IMG/VR virus record: IMGVR_UViG_3300042934_000619
Span: 38,443 to 102,442 of that record
Length of the DNA: 64,000 nucleotides
Source of the DNA: a virus
Strand: one strand, 5' to 3'
The position numbers were made by a program, and so were the translations under genes. Shown here one piece after another: positions 19,247 to 27,095 of this stretch (positions within the stretch are counted from its first letter, which is position 1; each line of letters starts with the position of its first letter). Below the pieces are notes generated by a model, which was given only the letters and a program-made list of their open reading frames with translations, was not told the origin of the DNA and made no database searches.

Positions 19247-19973
19247 CGACGGCCTCTCGATGATCGTCTACGGTCCCAGCAAGGGCGGCAAGTCCACGCT
19301 CGGCGACACCACTCCAGCTCCGCGCCTGGTGCTTGACGCGGAGATGGGGTCACGCTTCACCCCCAGCAAGAAGATCAAGTGGGATCCGATACGTGAGGCT
19401 CCTCCGGAGGCCGACGGATCATGGGACACCGCGCTGGTGCCGGTCCACTCCTTCACCGCAGTGCAGAAGGCGTACGAGTGGCTCAACTCCGGTAAGCACC
19501 CCTTCCGTTCGGTCGTCATGGACTCGATCTCCGAGGTCCAGCAGCGGATGGTGGACTCCCTCGTCGGCACCAACCCGATGCAGCTTCAGGACTGGGGCAC
19601 CCTGCTACGTCAGGCGTCCGACCTGGTCCGCAAGTTCCGTGACCTGACGACCAACCCCGTTAGGCCCCTCGACATCGTGCTCTTCATCGCGATGGCGCAG
19701 CAGCGGCAGGACGGGACGCAACACCCTTATGTGCAGGGGCAGCTGAAGACGACGCTCCCCTACTACACGGACCTGCTGGCGTATCTCGCGCCCGTCCCGG
19801 CGGAGGACGGCACCATCGTGCGGCGCCTGCTGGTCGGCCCGACTCAGGGCTACGAGACCGGTGAGCGAGTCGGAGGGCGACTCGGTCACTTCATCGACAA
19901 CCCGAACATCACAGACATGCTCAGCAAGGTCCGCGAAGACGCGGTCCCGGCGACGACGAACGAGGTGGCGTGA
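19239..19973 (+). CDS. AAA_24/Sak4-like ATPase
   Basis: YGPSKGGKST, VVMDSIS. Confidence 0.75.
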   Translation: MADDGLSMIVYGPSKGGKSTLGDTTPAPRLVLDAEMGSRFTPSKKIKWDPIREAPPEADGSWDTALVPVHSFTAVQKAYEWLNSGKHPFRSVVMDSISEVQQRMVDSLVGTNPMQLQDWGTLLRQASDLVRKFRDLTTNPVRPLDIVLFIAMAQQRQDGTQHPYVQGQLKTTLPYYTDLLAYLAPVPAEDGTIVRRLLVGPTQGYETGERVGGRLGHFIDNPNITDMLSKVREDAVPATTNEVA

Positions 19974-19975
19974 AC

Positions 19976-20482
19976 ATGGCGAGCGCGAATTTCTCTGACC
20001 TGCTCAAGGCAGCCGAGGACGCGGGTTTCAGCAACTGCCCGCCCGGAACCTATGACGTCCGCATCGTCGAGGGCGTCGCCAAGACGACCAGCGCGGGCAA
20101 GGACATGATCGTCGTCAAGTTCGAGATCGTCGGCGGCCCGCACGGTGGGCGCAAGGTCCCGAACAACTTCGTCATCTCGCCGGAGAACGCCAACGCGCTC
20201 GGCTTCTTCTTCCGCCACATGCGGGCCATGGGCCTGGACGGTGCGTACTTCAGCCAGAACCCCGCGCCGCAGAAGGTGGCCGCCGACCTGGTCGGTCAGA
20301 CCTGTCGTATCGAAGTCGGTACGCGAGTCTGGAACGGCGAGGAGCGTGAGGACGTTAAGAAGATCATGCCGCCTCTCACGGAAGCCGGACCGGCTCCGGC
20401 GGCGCCTGCTGTCGCCACCGCGACGACCCCTGCTGCACCCGCTCCGACCGCCGATCCGATGGCTCCTCATGTGCCGTTCTAG
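19976..20482 (+). CDS. DUF669-like ssDNA-binding protein
   Basis: PPGTYDVRI, GKDMI, Pro/Ala-rich tail ending PF; follows Sak4-like gene. Confidence 0.7.
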   Translation: MASANFSDLLKAAEDAGFSNCPPGTYDVRIVEGVAKTTSAGKDMIVVKFEIVGGPHGGRKVPNNFVISPENANALGFFFRHMRAMGLDGAYFSQNPAPQKVAADLVGQTCRIEVGTRVWNGEEREDVKKIMPPLTEAGPAPAAPAVATATTPAAPAPTADPMAPHVPF

Positions 20483-20507
20483 TCGTTCCCTCGTCAACCT
20501 TCCGCAC

Positions 20508-20537
20508 GGGTGCCTCGCCTGTTAGTGTGAGGCACCC
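20508..20537 (+). terminator. Hairpin terminator
   Basis: GGGTGCCTCGC/GTGAGGCACCC. Confidence 0.5.
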
Positions 20538-20540
20538 TGG

Positions 20541-21008
20541 TTGGAAAACTTGGAAGAAGTGGAAAAAGGCGTGCTTTTCGACTCATGGTTGCACACGGTG
20601 CGCGCCCAGGAGCGGGACGGCGGGGTTGACTACCGGAACCTCGCGTGCTATCCGGACAAGCTCACGGACTACATACAGGACCACATGTCCACTGCGCTCC
20701 AGGGTCTTGAGGAGCTGTATGCCGAGCTTCCGTCCAAGGTTGCGAAGGACGATGAGCAGCGCGAGGCGTGGATCACGCAGCGCGAGAGCTTCATCATCAG
20801 GACGCGGGCTGCTCTTGATCATCTCGCTGCCGCTCTGTCCGCCGTCGGATGCACCGACGAGGAGCTGAGCGGATCCACGAAGGGGCGGGAAGAGAGCGAC
20901 GGGGCTCCTCGTACCGGTACACCGTCCTGGGTTCGCGTGGACATCGAGGGCGCCTCGCTGTCCCCCTCCGACGTCACGTGCGTCTCCGGCGACGTAATCG
21001 AAAAGTGA
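20541..21008 (+). CDS. Hypothetical protein, possibly degenerate all-alpha dUTPase/MazG-like
   Basis: Helical pattern ..YIQDH..ALQGLEELYAEL..LAAALSAVGCTDEEL. Confidence 0.45.
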   Translation: MENLEEVEKGVLFDSWLHTVRAQERDGGVDYRNLACYPDKLTDYIQDHMSTALQGLEELYAELPSKVAKDDEQREAWITQRESFIIRTRAALDHLAAALSAVGCTDEELSGSTKGREESDGAPRTGTPSWVRVDIEGASLSPSDVTCVSGDVIEK

Positions 21009-21079
21009 GCAGGTAGAAGGGACCCCCACACCCTTCATTCGAACTGTTCGTCGTATCATTCAGGGAGCGGTGGCCGCGT

Positions 21080-21154
21080 AGCGGGATAGCGCAGTTCGGT
21101 TAGCGCGCCGGGGCCATGACTCGGAGGTCGCAGGTTCAAATCCTGCTCCCGCAA
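21080..21154 (+). tRNA. tRNA-Met(CAT), initiator-like
   Basis: Full cloverleaf; 1:72 mismatch; loop GC-CAT-GA; T arm GCAGG-TTCAAAT-CCTGC; no encoded CCA. Confidence 0.75.
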
Positions 21155-21179
21155 CACCGCTCGGTTCGGGGAGGTTGGG

Positions 21180-21530
21180 ATGACGGAATCGGTTGCTGAA
21201 CGTCCCGCTGAACCGGTTGGAATGGGCACCACGTACGGAGGATTCGCCGACATAGCGCGTCTCCTCAATGCACGGCACCCGGAACGACCGACACCGTTCA
21301 GCCGACAACTGGCAGCGAAGTGGCACAAGCATCGGGACACGAACGGCTTCCCCGAGCGATGTCCTGTGGAGCTGGGACCCGGCAAGGTGAAGTATCTCTT
21401 CGACCTCGACGCTGTCGAACGGTGGCACACCGGCCGAAAGGTGATCCGCCGTCCCGTGAACCCCCCGATCGAGACGATCCCTCTGTTCCAGGTGGACAGC
21501 CGGGGGTTCTGGACTCCGCTCGCTTCGTAG
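21180..21530 (+). CDS. Putative HTH DNA-binding protein
   Basis: GFADIARLL..SRQLAAKW..FP..LFDLDAVERW. Confidence 0.55.
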   Translation: MTESVAERPAEPVGMGTTYGGFADIARLLNARHPERPTPFSRQLAAKWHKHRDTNGFPERCPVELGPGKVKYLFDLDAVERWHTGRKVIRRPVNPPIETIPLFQVDSRGFWTPLAS

Positions 21531-21550
21531 CGGGAATTCGGAAAAAGCGT

Positions 21551-21580
21551 TTGACCTTGAGGGCGGGGACCCGATAGGTT
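21551..21580 (+). promoter_or_regulatory. HrdB-like promoter for the Y RNA/Ro60 cluster
   Basis: TTGACC-18 nt-TAGGTT. Confidence 0.6.
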
Positions 21581-21638
21581 GAACACATCGAACGACAGGT
21601 GCGAAGGGTACAGCTGCTTCTTTCGTTCGGAAGTTTTT

Positions 21639-21775
21639 CTGTCTGGTGCGCAGACGACGGATACTTCACTGTTAATGAAGAGGTCCGGGGTTCGAGTCCC
21701 CGCCCGCTGGTAAAAAGGTGGGTAGCTCAGTTGGTAGAGCACTTACGTTTCCGTTGTCGACTTGATCTCAGACAG
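21639..21775 (+). ncRNA. Y RNA 1 (YrlA-like; permuted tRNA-Asn GUU domain)
   Basis: Terminal stem CTGTCTG/CAGACAG with GGTGCG..TGATCT; inside, anticodon arm, T arm, closed acceptor, D arm. Confidence 0.8.
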
Positions 21776-21795
21776 TTCAATTCAAAAGTGCGCAA

Positions 21796-21870
21796 GCGTC
21801 CGGTGCGAAGGCAACGACGGCTACTTCTTTTGGTGAAATCACGCCGTCACGCCGTACTGATCTCGGACGC
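21796..21870 (+). ncRNA. Y RNA 2 (minimal, no tRNA domain)
   Basis: GCGTCCG-GTGCGAAG...TGATCT-CGGACGC; inner stem GACGGC/GCCGTC. Confidence 0.75.
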
Positions 21871-21879
21871 GTACAACTT

Positions 21880-22019
21880 GTGCCTGGTGCGCAGATGAGG
21901 AGTTCTTCGCCTTGGGAGCGGGAGGTCGCGGGTTCAAATCCCGTTCGGTCGGCAGAGCTGACCGGTAGCTCAGTCTGGAAGAGCGCCTACGATCGCCTCG
22001 TCGACTTGATCTCAGGCAC
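21880..22019 (+). ncRNA. Y RNA 3 (YrlA-like; permuted tRNA-Pro UGG domain)
   Basis: GTGCCTG-GTGCG...TGATCT-CAGGCAC; loop CTTGGGA, T loop TTCAAAT, D arm GCTC..GAGC. Confidence 0.8.
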
Positions 22020-22029
22020 GAAAATCAGA

Positions 22030-22150
22030 TGTCCGGTGCGCAGGACGACGCGTTCATCGATGGTTCGACCCCACCCGGGAGTCCCTCGCAAGAGGCTCGC
22101 TCCTGTTGCCCACTTGGGGGCAGCTCGCGTTTCCGATCTGATCTCGGACA
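22030..22150 (+). ncRNA. Y RNA 4
   Basis: TGTCCG-GTGCGCAG...TGATCT-CGGACA; inner hairpins including a GGTTCGA T-loop-like element. Confidence 0.7.
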
Positions 22151-22156
22151 GTACAA

Positions 22157-22308
22157 GGGTGCGTAGCTCAGAAGGTAGAGCGGCCCGAAAACGGACGGGC
22201 GGCGTGTCGAGACGGTTGCGGATGCACCGAATGGCTCTCGCAGGGTCTGTAGGGAAGCGCGTTTTCCAAGCTCGGCTCACGGCGCGGGTTCGAGTCCCGT
22301 CGCATCCA
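22157..22308 (+). ncRNA. tRNA-like RNA with ~80-nt variable-region insertion
   Basis: GGGTGCG/CGCATCC-A acceptor, D arm GCTC-AGAAGGTA-GAGC, T arm GCGGG-TTCGAGT-CCCGT. Confidence 0.7.
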
Positions 22309-22410
22309 CGGCACATAATCGGCTCCGACGTCCCTACTCGACTTCAGTCGTCGGAGAAACGAGGACTCTGGCATTGACGATGGTTATGTCCTCGTTGCCC
22401 CGGCGCAAGC

Positions 22411-22496
22411 CGGGGTTACCCGGGAGGCCCTGGCCAGGCACACGGCTAAAACACCGGCGCACCCGGTGCGAGACGGTTCAAGTCCGTCAACTCCCA
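22411..22496 (+). ncRNA. Degenerate tRNA-like element
   Basis: T arm GACGG-TTCAAGT-CCGTC, variable-arm-like hairpin CGCAC/GTGCG; acceptor and D arm ambiguous. Confidence 0.4.
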
Positions 22497-22498
22497 CT

Positions 22499-22585
22499 GG
22501 TTCCTGGTGCGAAGCCACCACGGGTACTTCATTTCTCTCTCAAAGAAACCCGAACCCCGTATCGGCACCCCTGATCTCAGGAACC
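22499..22585 (+). ncRNA. Y RNA 5 (pyrimidine-rich loop)
   Basis: GGTTCCTG-GTGCGAAG...TGATCT-CAGGAACC. Confidence 0.75.
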
Positions 22586-22631
22586 GCATGACCACCGGCA
22601 CGACCGGTGCGACAGGAAGGAAGATGGAGAC

Positions 22632-24314
22632 ATGGCGCGCTTCAACTCGCGTGGACACCGGGCGAAGCCTGCGGTGGCGACGGTAAGCAGTCCGATCGGT
22701 ACTGCCACGAAGAAGGCGAACACCCGTACGTTCGAAGGCGGCGCGGGATACACGCGTGATGCCAAGACGGAGCTGTTCCTGCGTGCGACCGGTGCGTTCC
22801 ACGGCGGCGAGGGCAGCTTCTACGAGTCCGCCGACAAGCGCGACAACCGGCTTCGTGAGCTGGTACGTACGATCGCGATCGAAGACCCGGACTGGGGATT
22901 CGAGTTCGCGCGCTGGCTCCGGTCCGAGGGTCACATGCGCACGGCATCGCTGATGTTCGCCGTCGAGTACGTGCACGAGCGACTCGATGCGGAAGCGCAG
23001 GAGCCGCGCACCACCAAGTACACCAACCGTCAGATCATCGACGTCGTATGCCAGCGTCCCGACGAGCCTGGCGAGATCCTCGCGATCTGGACGGCGTGGT
23101 ACGGGCGGAACATCCCGCAGTCGGTCAAGCGCGGCGTCGCCGACGCGGTTCGGCGTCTGTACAGCGAGCGCTCGCTGCTCAAGTACGACACGGACTCGAA
23201 GGCGTACCGCTTCGCCGACGTGCTGGATCTGACGCACCCGACGCCGTCCCCCGAGAAGGCCGCATGGCAGGGCCTGCTGTTCTCGTACGCCCTCAACCGG
23301 CGGCACGGACGTGGGGATGACATCCCCAGCACGCTGGATATCATCCGCAACAACGCCTCGTTCCGAGCGCGGGCGGCTGAGACGCACTCGTTGCTGTGCT
23401 CGCCGGACGCTCTGCGTGCAGCGGGCATGACGTGGGAGGACGCGCTGTCCCTCGCGGGCCAAGTAGGCGTCGACAAGCGCAAGGTCTGGGAGGCCATGAT
23501 CCCCTCCATGGGGATCATGGCGCTGATCCGCAACCTGCGGAACTTCGACCAGGCTGGCGTCTCCGACGAGGTGGCCATGACGGTCATGGAGCGCCTGGCC
23601 AACCCCGAGGAGATCGCCCGGTCCAAGCAGTTCCCGTTCCGGTTCCTCGCCGCGCACCGCGCGACCAAGGACTCCCTGCGGTGGGCGTGGCCGCTGGAGC
23701 AGGCGCTTGGTCACTCGCTGGTCAACGTCCCCCGGCTCGACGGCCGGACGCTGATCCTCGTCGACCGGTCGCCGTCCATGTTCCCGGAGTACGACCACTG
23801 GTTCCCGACGCTGAAGAAGTCGGACATCAGCCGCGCCGACCAGGCTGCGGTGTTCGGCGCCGCGCTGGCCGTCCGTGCAGAGCAGCCGACGCTCGTGGAG
23901 TTCGGCGGCGGCTCGCGGGTGATCACCTTCCAGCGCGGTACGTCCGTGCTGAAGCTGGTCGACAAGTTCTACCGGGACCCGGGTACGGACATCCCGAGCG
24001 CGGTGAAGAAGCATTACGACGGGCACGACCGGGTCGTCATCCTCACCGACGAGCAGACCCGCCCCGGGTCCCTTCCGTCGAACATGTGGCGGAGCTACGG
24101 TGGCATGCGTGAGACGGAGGTCAACGACCTCGTCCCGAAGCACGTCCCTGTATTCATGTGGAATTTCGCCGGTTACTCGGCGGCGGCCATGCCGTCCGGG
24201 AACGAGGCGCGGTTCCACCTCGGCGGACTCACCGACAAGGCATTCCAACTCATTCCGATTCTGGAATCCGGAGTGAATGGCAGCTGGCCCTGGGAACTGG
24301 ACAGCACACCCTGA
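22632..24314 (+). CDS. rsr: Ro60/Rsr TROVE-domain RNA-binding protein
   Basis: N-terminal EGGAGY, ALIRNLRNF, SKQFPFRF; C-terminal vWA with VDRSPSM, GTD, ILTDEQ; 560 aa. Confidence 0.9.
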   Translation: MARFNSRGHRAKPAVATVSSPIGTATKKANTRTFEGGAGYTRDAKTELFLRATGAFHGGEGSFYESADKRDNRLRELVRTIAIEDPDWGFEFARWLRSEGHMRTASLMFAVEYVHERLDAEAQEPRTTKYTNRQIIDVVCQRPDEPGEILAIWTAWYGRNIPQSVKRGVADAVRRLYSERSLLKYDTDSKAYRFADVLDLTHPTPSPEKAAWQGLLFSYALNRRHGRGDDIPSTLDIIRNNASFRARAAETHSLLCSPDALRAAGMTWEDALSLAGQVGVDKRKVWEAMIPSMGIMALIRNLRNFDQAGVSDEVAMTVMERLANPEEIARSKQFPFRFLAAHRATKDSLRWAWPLEQALGHSLVNVPRLDGRTLILVDRSPSMFPEYDHWFPTLKKSDISRADQAAVFGAALAVRAEQPTLVEFGGGSRVITFQRGTSVLKLVDKFYRDPGTDIPSAVKKHYDGHDRVVILTDEQTRPGSLPSNMWRSYGGMRETEVNDLVPKHVPVFMWNFAGYSAAAMPSGNEARFHLGGLTDKAFQLIPILESGVNGSWPWELDSTP

Positions 24315-24445
24315 ATGCAGTAGATTCTTACACAACGGAGAAGGAACTCTAGCGCCAACTCCGACACCAATTTACATCCTGCGAGTGAATTGGTGATCTG
24401 CCCAGAGTCCGGCTGATGCATGCCCACGCGTCGGCCGGACGGCAG

Positions 24446-24514
24446 GGGGCCGCCGGTAGCTAAAGGGAGGACTGAGCAGCTCCCCGAAGATAGGTTCAAT
24501 TCCTACTGGTCCCA
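24446..24514 (+). ncRNA. Degenerate tRNA-like element
   Basis: Acceptor GGGGCCG/TGGTCCC-A, T loop TTCAATT; poor D arm, 10-nt anticodon-position loop. Confidence 0.4.
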
Positions 24515-24518
24515 CGAA

Positions 24519-24592
24519 GACCTCGTAGCTCAGTTGGATAGAGCGGTGGATTCCTAATCCGCAGGTCGCAGGTTCGAGTCCTGCCGTGGTCA
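24519..24592 (+). tRNA. tRNA-Arg(CCT)
   Basis: Canonical cloverleaf, GTGGA-TT CCT AA-TCCGC. Confidence 0.9.
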
Positions 24593-24593
24593 C

Positions 24594-24667
24594 GGACGCG
24601 TAGCCCAATTGGTAGAGGCGTCTGGCTCAGGTCCAGAAGGTTGGGGGTTCGAATCCCTCCGTGTCCA
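24594..24667 (+). tRNA. tRNA-Leu(CAG), short variable loop
   Basis: TCTGG-CT CAG GT-CCAGA; T arm GGGGG-TTCGAAT-CCCTC. Confidence 0.85.
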
Positions 24668-24703
24668 CTTGCTTCACCGGGACAGTCGAAGGAGATATGG
24701 CAA

Positions 24704-25012
24704 ATGCTGGTTGTGACGGTGAGTGTGTGGCCCGGCGGAGACTTCGAACGGGGCACCGAGGTGGCCCGTGTCGGACTGTTGAACAGGACGCAGCTCGGAG
24801 ACTTCGCGAACTACGATCTGGTGGCCCTGCTGGCTCGTGACAAGGAGGAGCGGGTCATCCGGTCGGAGGTCAACCAGCATGAGCGGGCGCACGGTTGGGT
24901 GCCACTCGTCCGGCGGGCCATGACCGAAATTCACCTCAGCGATCCGTGTATGCATGGCGCCCCGTACGATGACCCCACCGCTGTACTACTTCGGAAGGGG
25001 AGCCATGAGTGA
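24704..25012 (+). CDS. Hypothetical protein
   Basis: AAGGAG RBS; MLVVTVSVWPGG. Confidence 0.6.
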   Translation: MLVVTVSVWPGGDFERGTEVARVGLLNRTQLGDFANYDLVALLARDKEERVIRSEVNQHERAHGWVPLVRRAMTEIHLSDPCMHGAPYDDPTAVLLRKGSHE

Positions 25013-25289
25013 CGAGGTTCTCGACTCAGGTGACGTGATTGATGCGCGGGAGCTGTGGCTGCCGCAGTTCCGACACGAGGGAGGTGCGTGGACGGACATC
25101 GCCACGCATCGCGCGGACCCCGCAGAAGCGCTGCGCATCTACGACTTCTGGGTGGGAAATCATGCGGACGTTGAGCTTCGGATGACGAAGACATACGTGA
25201 CGACTGTAGGCGTATCCCTCGATGTGCTACGTGAAGCGGTCGCGCAGAAGGCTGACGAAAAGAACGAGACAGCCGTACAATCCGAGTAA
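25005..25289 (+). CDS. Hypothetical protein
   Basis: GGGAG RBS. Confidence 0.55.
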   Translation: MSDEVLDSGDVIDARELWLPQFRHEGGAWTDIATHRADPAEALRIYDFWVGNHADVELRMTKTYVTTVGVSLDVLREAVAQKADEKNETAVQSE

Positions 25290-25310
25290 TCAGCACTGCG
25301 CTGAAGCGGG

Positions 25311-25493
25311 GTGACGGGCATGACACGAGAACAGCAAGTGTACGCCGACACACTGAACCTCCTCGGGTCCGACGTGATGGACGACCCCGAGATACAGAGC
25401 CTCCTGGATCAGGAGCACGCGAGGGCGGATCGCTCCTTCGCCTTCACCCTCGCCAAGCGTTACGCGGTGAGGTGCCTGTCCAACCCGAGTTGA
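25311..25493 (+). CDS. Small hypothetical protein
   Basis: ORF with GC3-rich codons. Confidence 0.45.
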   Translation: MTGMTREQQVYADTLNLLGSDVMDDPEIQSLLDQEHARADRSFAFTLAKRYAVRCLSNPS

Positions 25494-25502
25494 CTAAAAA
25501 CG

Positions 25503-25546
25503 AAAGAGCCTCCCCCGGACCAATACGGTCACGGAGGAGGCTCTTT
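25503..25546. terminator. Possible bidirectional terminator
   Basis: AAAGAGCCTCC/GGAGGCTCTTT. Confidence 0.55.
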
Positions 25547-25572
25547 GAAGTTTCTGCATTTACAATGCGGCC

Positions 25573-26199
25573 ATGCATGCTGATCCGGGGAGTCTTCGGG
25601 AACGCCTGAAGAGCAGCACAGAAACAGCGTGGCGCTTGTATTGCGCTCTCGAAGTGATGCTCCCTTATAAGGAACCCAGTCGTGGCCAGCCCATTAGTCG
25701 CCAGAAACTCACAGCTTCACCGATTCCGTGGCACGGTACGGCTGCCGGGCTGATCGGCGACCTCTACGCCGAGGTCCGGCGAATGGAAGTCAACCTCAAG
25801 GCAGCGGTCACAGGGATACGTGGAGTCCGGCGCGGCGGGTCCGACGGCAACACGCAGATGGCGATGCGTTCGATCGTCAACTTCTCGCACACGGTTGACG
25901 ATCAGACGGTCATCGGGGTCCTCAACTACTTCGACCGGTGGGCACGCAAGGCGAACGCCGTATTCAACCCGGACCTCGGACTGCATCGAATTCCGCGCTC
26001 ACCGGGCGAAGAAGAACTGCGTTGTCCTTGGTGCGAATACCAAACAATGCGTTGGCAGCCGGCCAGTGGCGTCATTGTTTGTGTAAATCCCGAGTGTATT
26101 ACCGATACGGGTGTGCGTCCTCGCTGGCGGGCAGACTATGAAGTAGTGGGCGACCAGATGCAGTTCACCTGGGAGCCGTTCTCGGAGGGAGACGGATGA
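25573..26199 (+). CDS. Zn-ribbon hypothetical protein (possible regulator)
   Basis: CPWC...CVNPEC. Confidence 0.6.
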   Translation: MHADPGSLRERLKSSTETAWRLYCALEVMLPYKEPSRGQPISRQKLTASPIPWHGTAAGLIGDLYAEVRRMEVNLKAAVTGIRGVRRGGSDGNTQMAMRSIVNFSHTVDDQTVIGVLNYFDRWARKANAVFNPDLGLHRIPRSPGEEELRCPWCEYQTMRWQPASGVIVCVNPECITDTGVRPRWRADYEVVGDQMQFTWEPFSEGDG

Positions 26200-26456
26200 C
26201 CCGGCGAGGGTGGACGACGGCAGGGCTGACGCTCGTCGAGGCGGATGACCGGCTCTGGACCATAGGAGAGGCGGCCCGCCTTCTGGGGCCGCCTGTGCTG
26301 AAGGAATATCAGGTTCGGCAGCTCGTCGTCATGATGCAGCTGAAGCCGGTAGGTACCCGACGTCCGGACCGTGTCGACAAGCGAGGGCGACAGCCTCGGG
26401 TGTACCGAGCTATCGACTTCATACGGGCGTACGACGTGCTTGCGAAGGCAGCCTGA
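26196..26456 (+). CDS. HTH-like protein
   Basis: LWTIGEAARLLG...VRQLV. Confidence 0.55.
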   Translation: MTRRGWTTAGLTLVEADDRLWTIGEAARLLGPPVLKEYQVRQLVVMMQLKPVGTRRPDRVDKRGRQPRVYRAIDFIRAYDVLAKAA

Positions 26457-26592
26457 CGACTGACTGTATGACCCGAACGGGGGATTTTCGGCGGCGGCGC
26501 GTATGTCGTAGCTTCGGTCACGCATCAAAGTGGTCACTCATAGTGATTGTGTGATTACGCGCTCGACGACACCTGACCGCAAGGAGACAGTT

Positions 26593-27042
26593 GTGACAGT
26601 TGCGCCCGAGAGGCCCATCGCTGTAGCCGTCCGCCGTGGGCGTGACCTCGTTCTCGATGAGGACTTCAAGATGCTGTCCGAGTTCTGCGCGGACGAGTAC
26701 AAGATGCTCCCCGAGCTGGCCGACCGAGTCATCGACCAGGCGCTGGCCATGGTCTACGTCATGGGGGCCACGAGGTCTGGCGGCACCATGTCGCCTTCGG
26801 CGATGGTCGACCCCGGGTGGCACACCCTCATTCTGCATACCGACTGGTACGCCGACTTCTGCAATCAGCACTTCGGGTACTTCCTGCACCACCAACCCAA
26901 CCGAGCGGTCCGCAACAAGGGCATCATGGGCCACGTCACCGGGTGTATCGAAGGGGCGGGATTCCAGGTCGACCGGATGCTGTGGGGCGCTGTAGCAGAA
27001 TGTAACCCACCTGCCTGCTGTGGAGATGGAGACGGCTGCTGA
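26593..27042 (+). CDS. Glycine-rich-domain-protein (GRDP)-like protein
   Basis: PSAMVDPGWHTLILHTDWYADFC..FGYFLHH.P motif. Confidence 0.65.
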   Translation: MTVAPERPIAVAVRRGRDLVLDEDFKMLSEFCADEYKMLPELADRVIDQALAMVYVMGATRSGGTMSPSAMVDPGWHTLILHTDWYADFCNQHFGYFLHHQPNRAVRNKGIMGHVTGCIEGAGFQVDRMLWGAVAECNPPACCGDGDGC

Positions 27043-27095
27043 CCGGCGGCCGATAGGGTCCGTGGTTCGCGGACTCCGACTGACAGGGGAGAGCC

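Noticed and set aside
22157-22308. Canonical tmRNA
   Set aside because: Too short, has a paired D stem and lacks a recognisable tag ORF
21599-22574. ORFs 21599-21898, 21880-22377 and 22374-22574
   Set aside because: No convincing RBS or protein features; the region is explained by RNA genes
21639-22585. CRISPR array interpretation of the recurring GGTGCG/TGATCT motifs
   Set aside because: Motifs are short paired ends of variable-length folded units, not identical repeats with uniform spacers; no cas operon (the Cas4-like gene belongs to the recombination module)
22446-24335. Long antisense ORFs here and opposite other genes (e.g. 7844-9331, 45448-47076)
   Set aside because: Shadow ORFs caused by high GC3 codon bias
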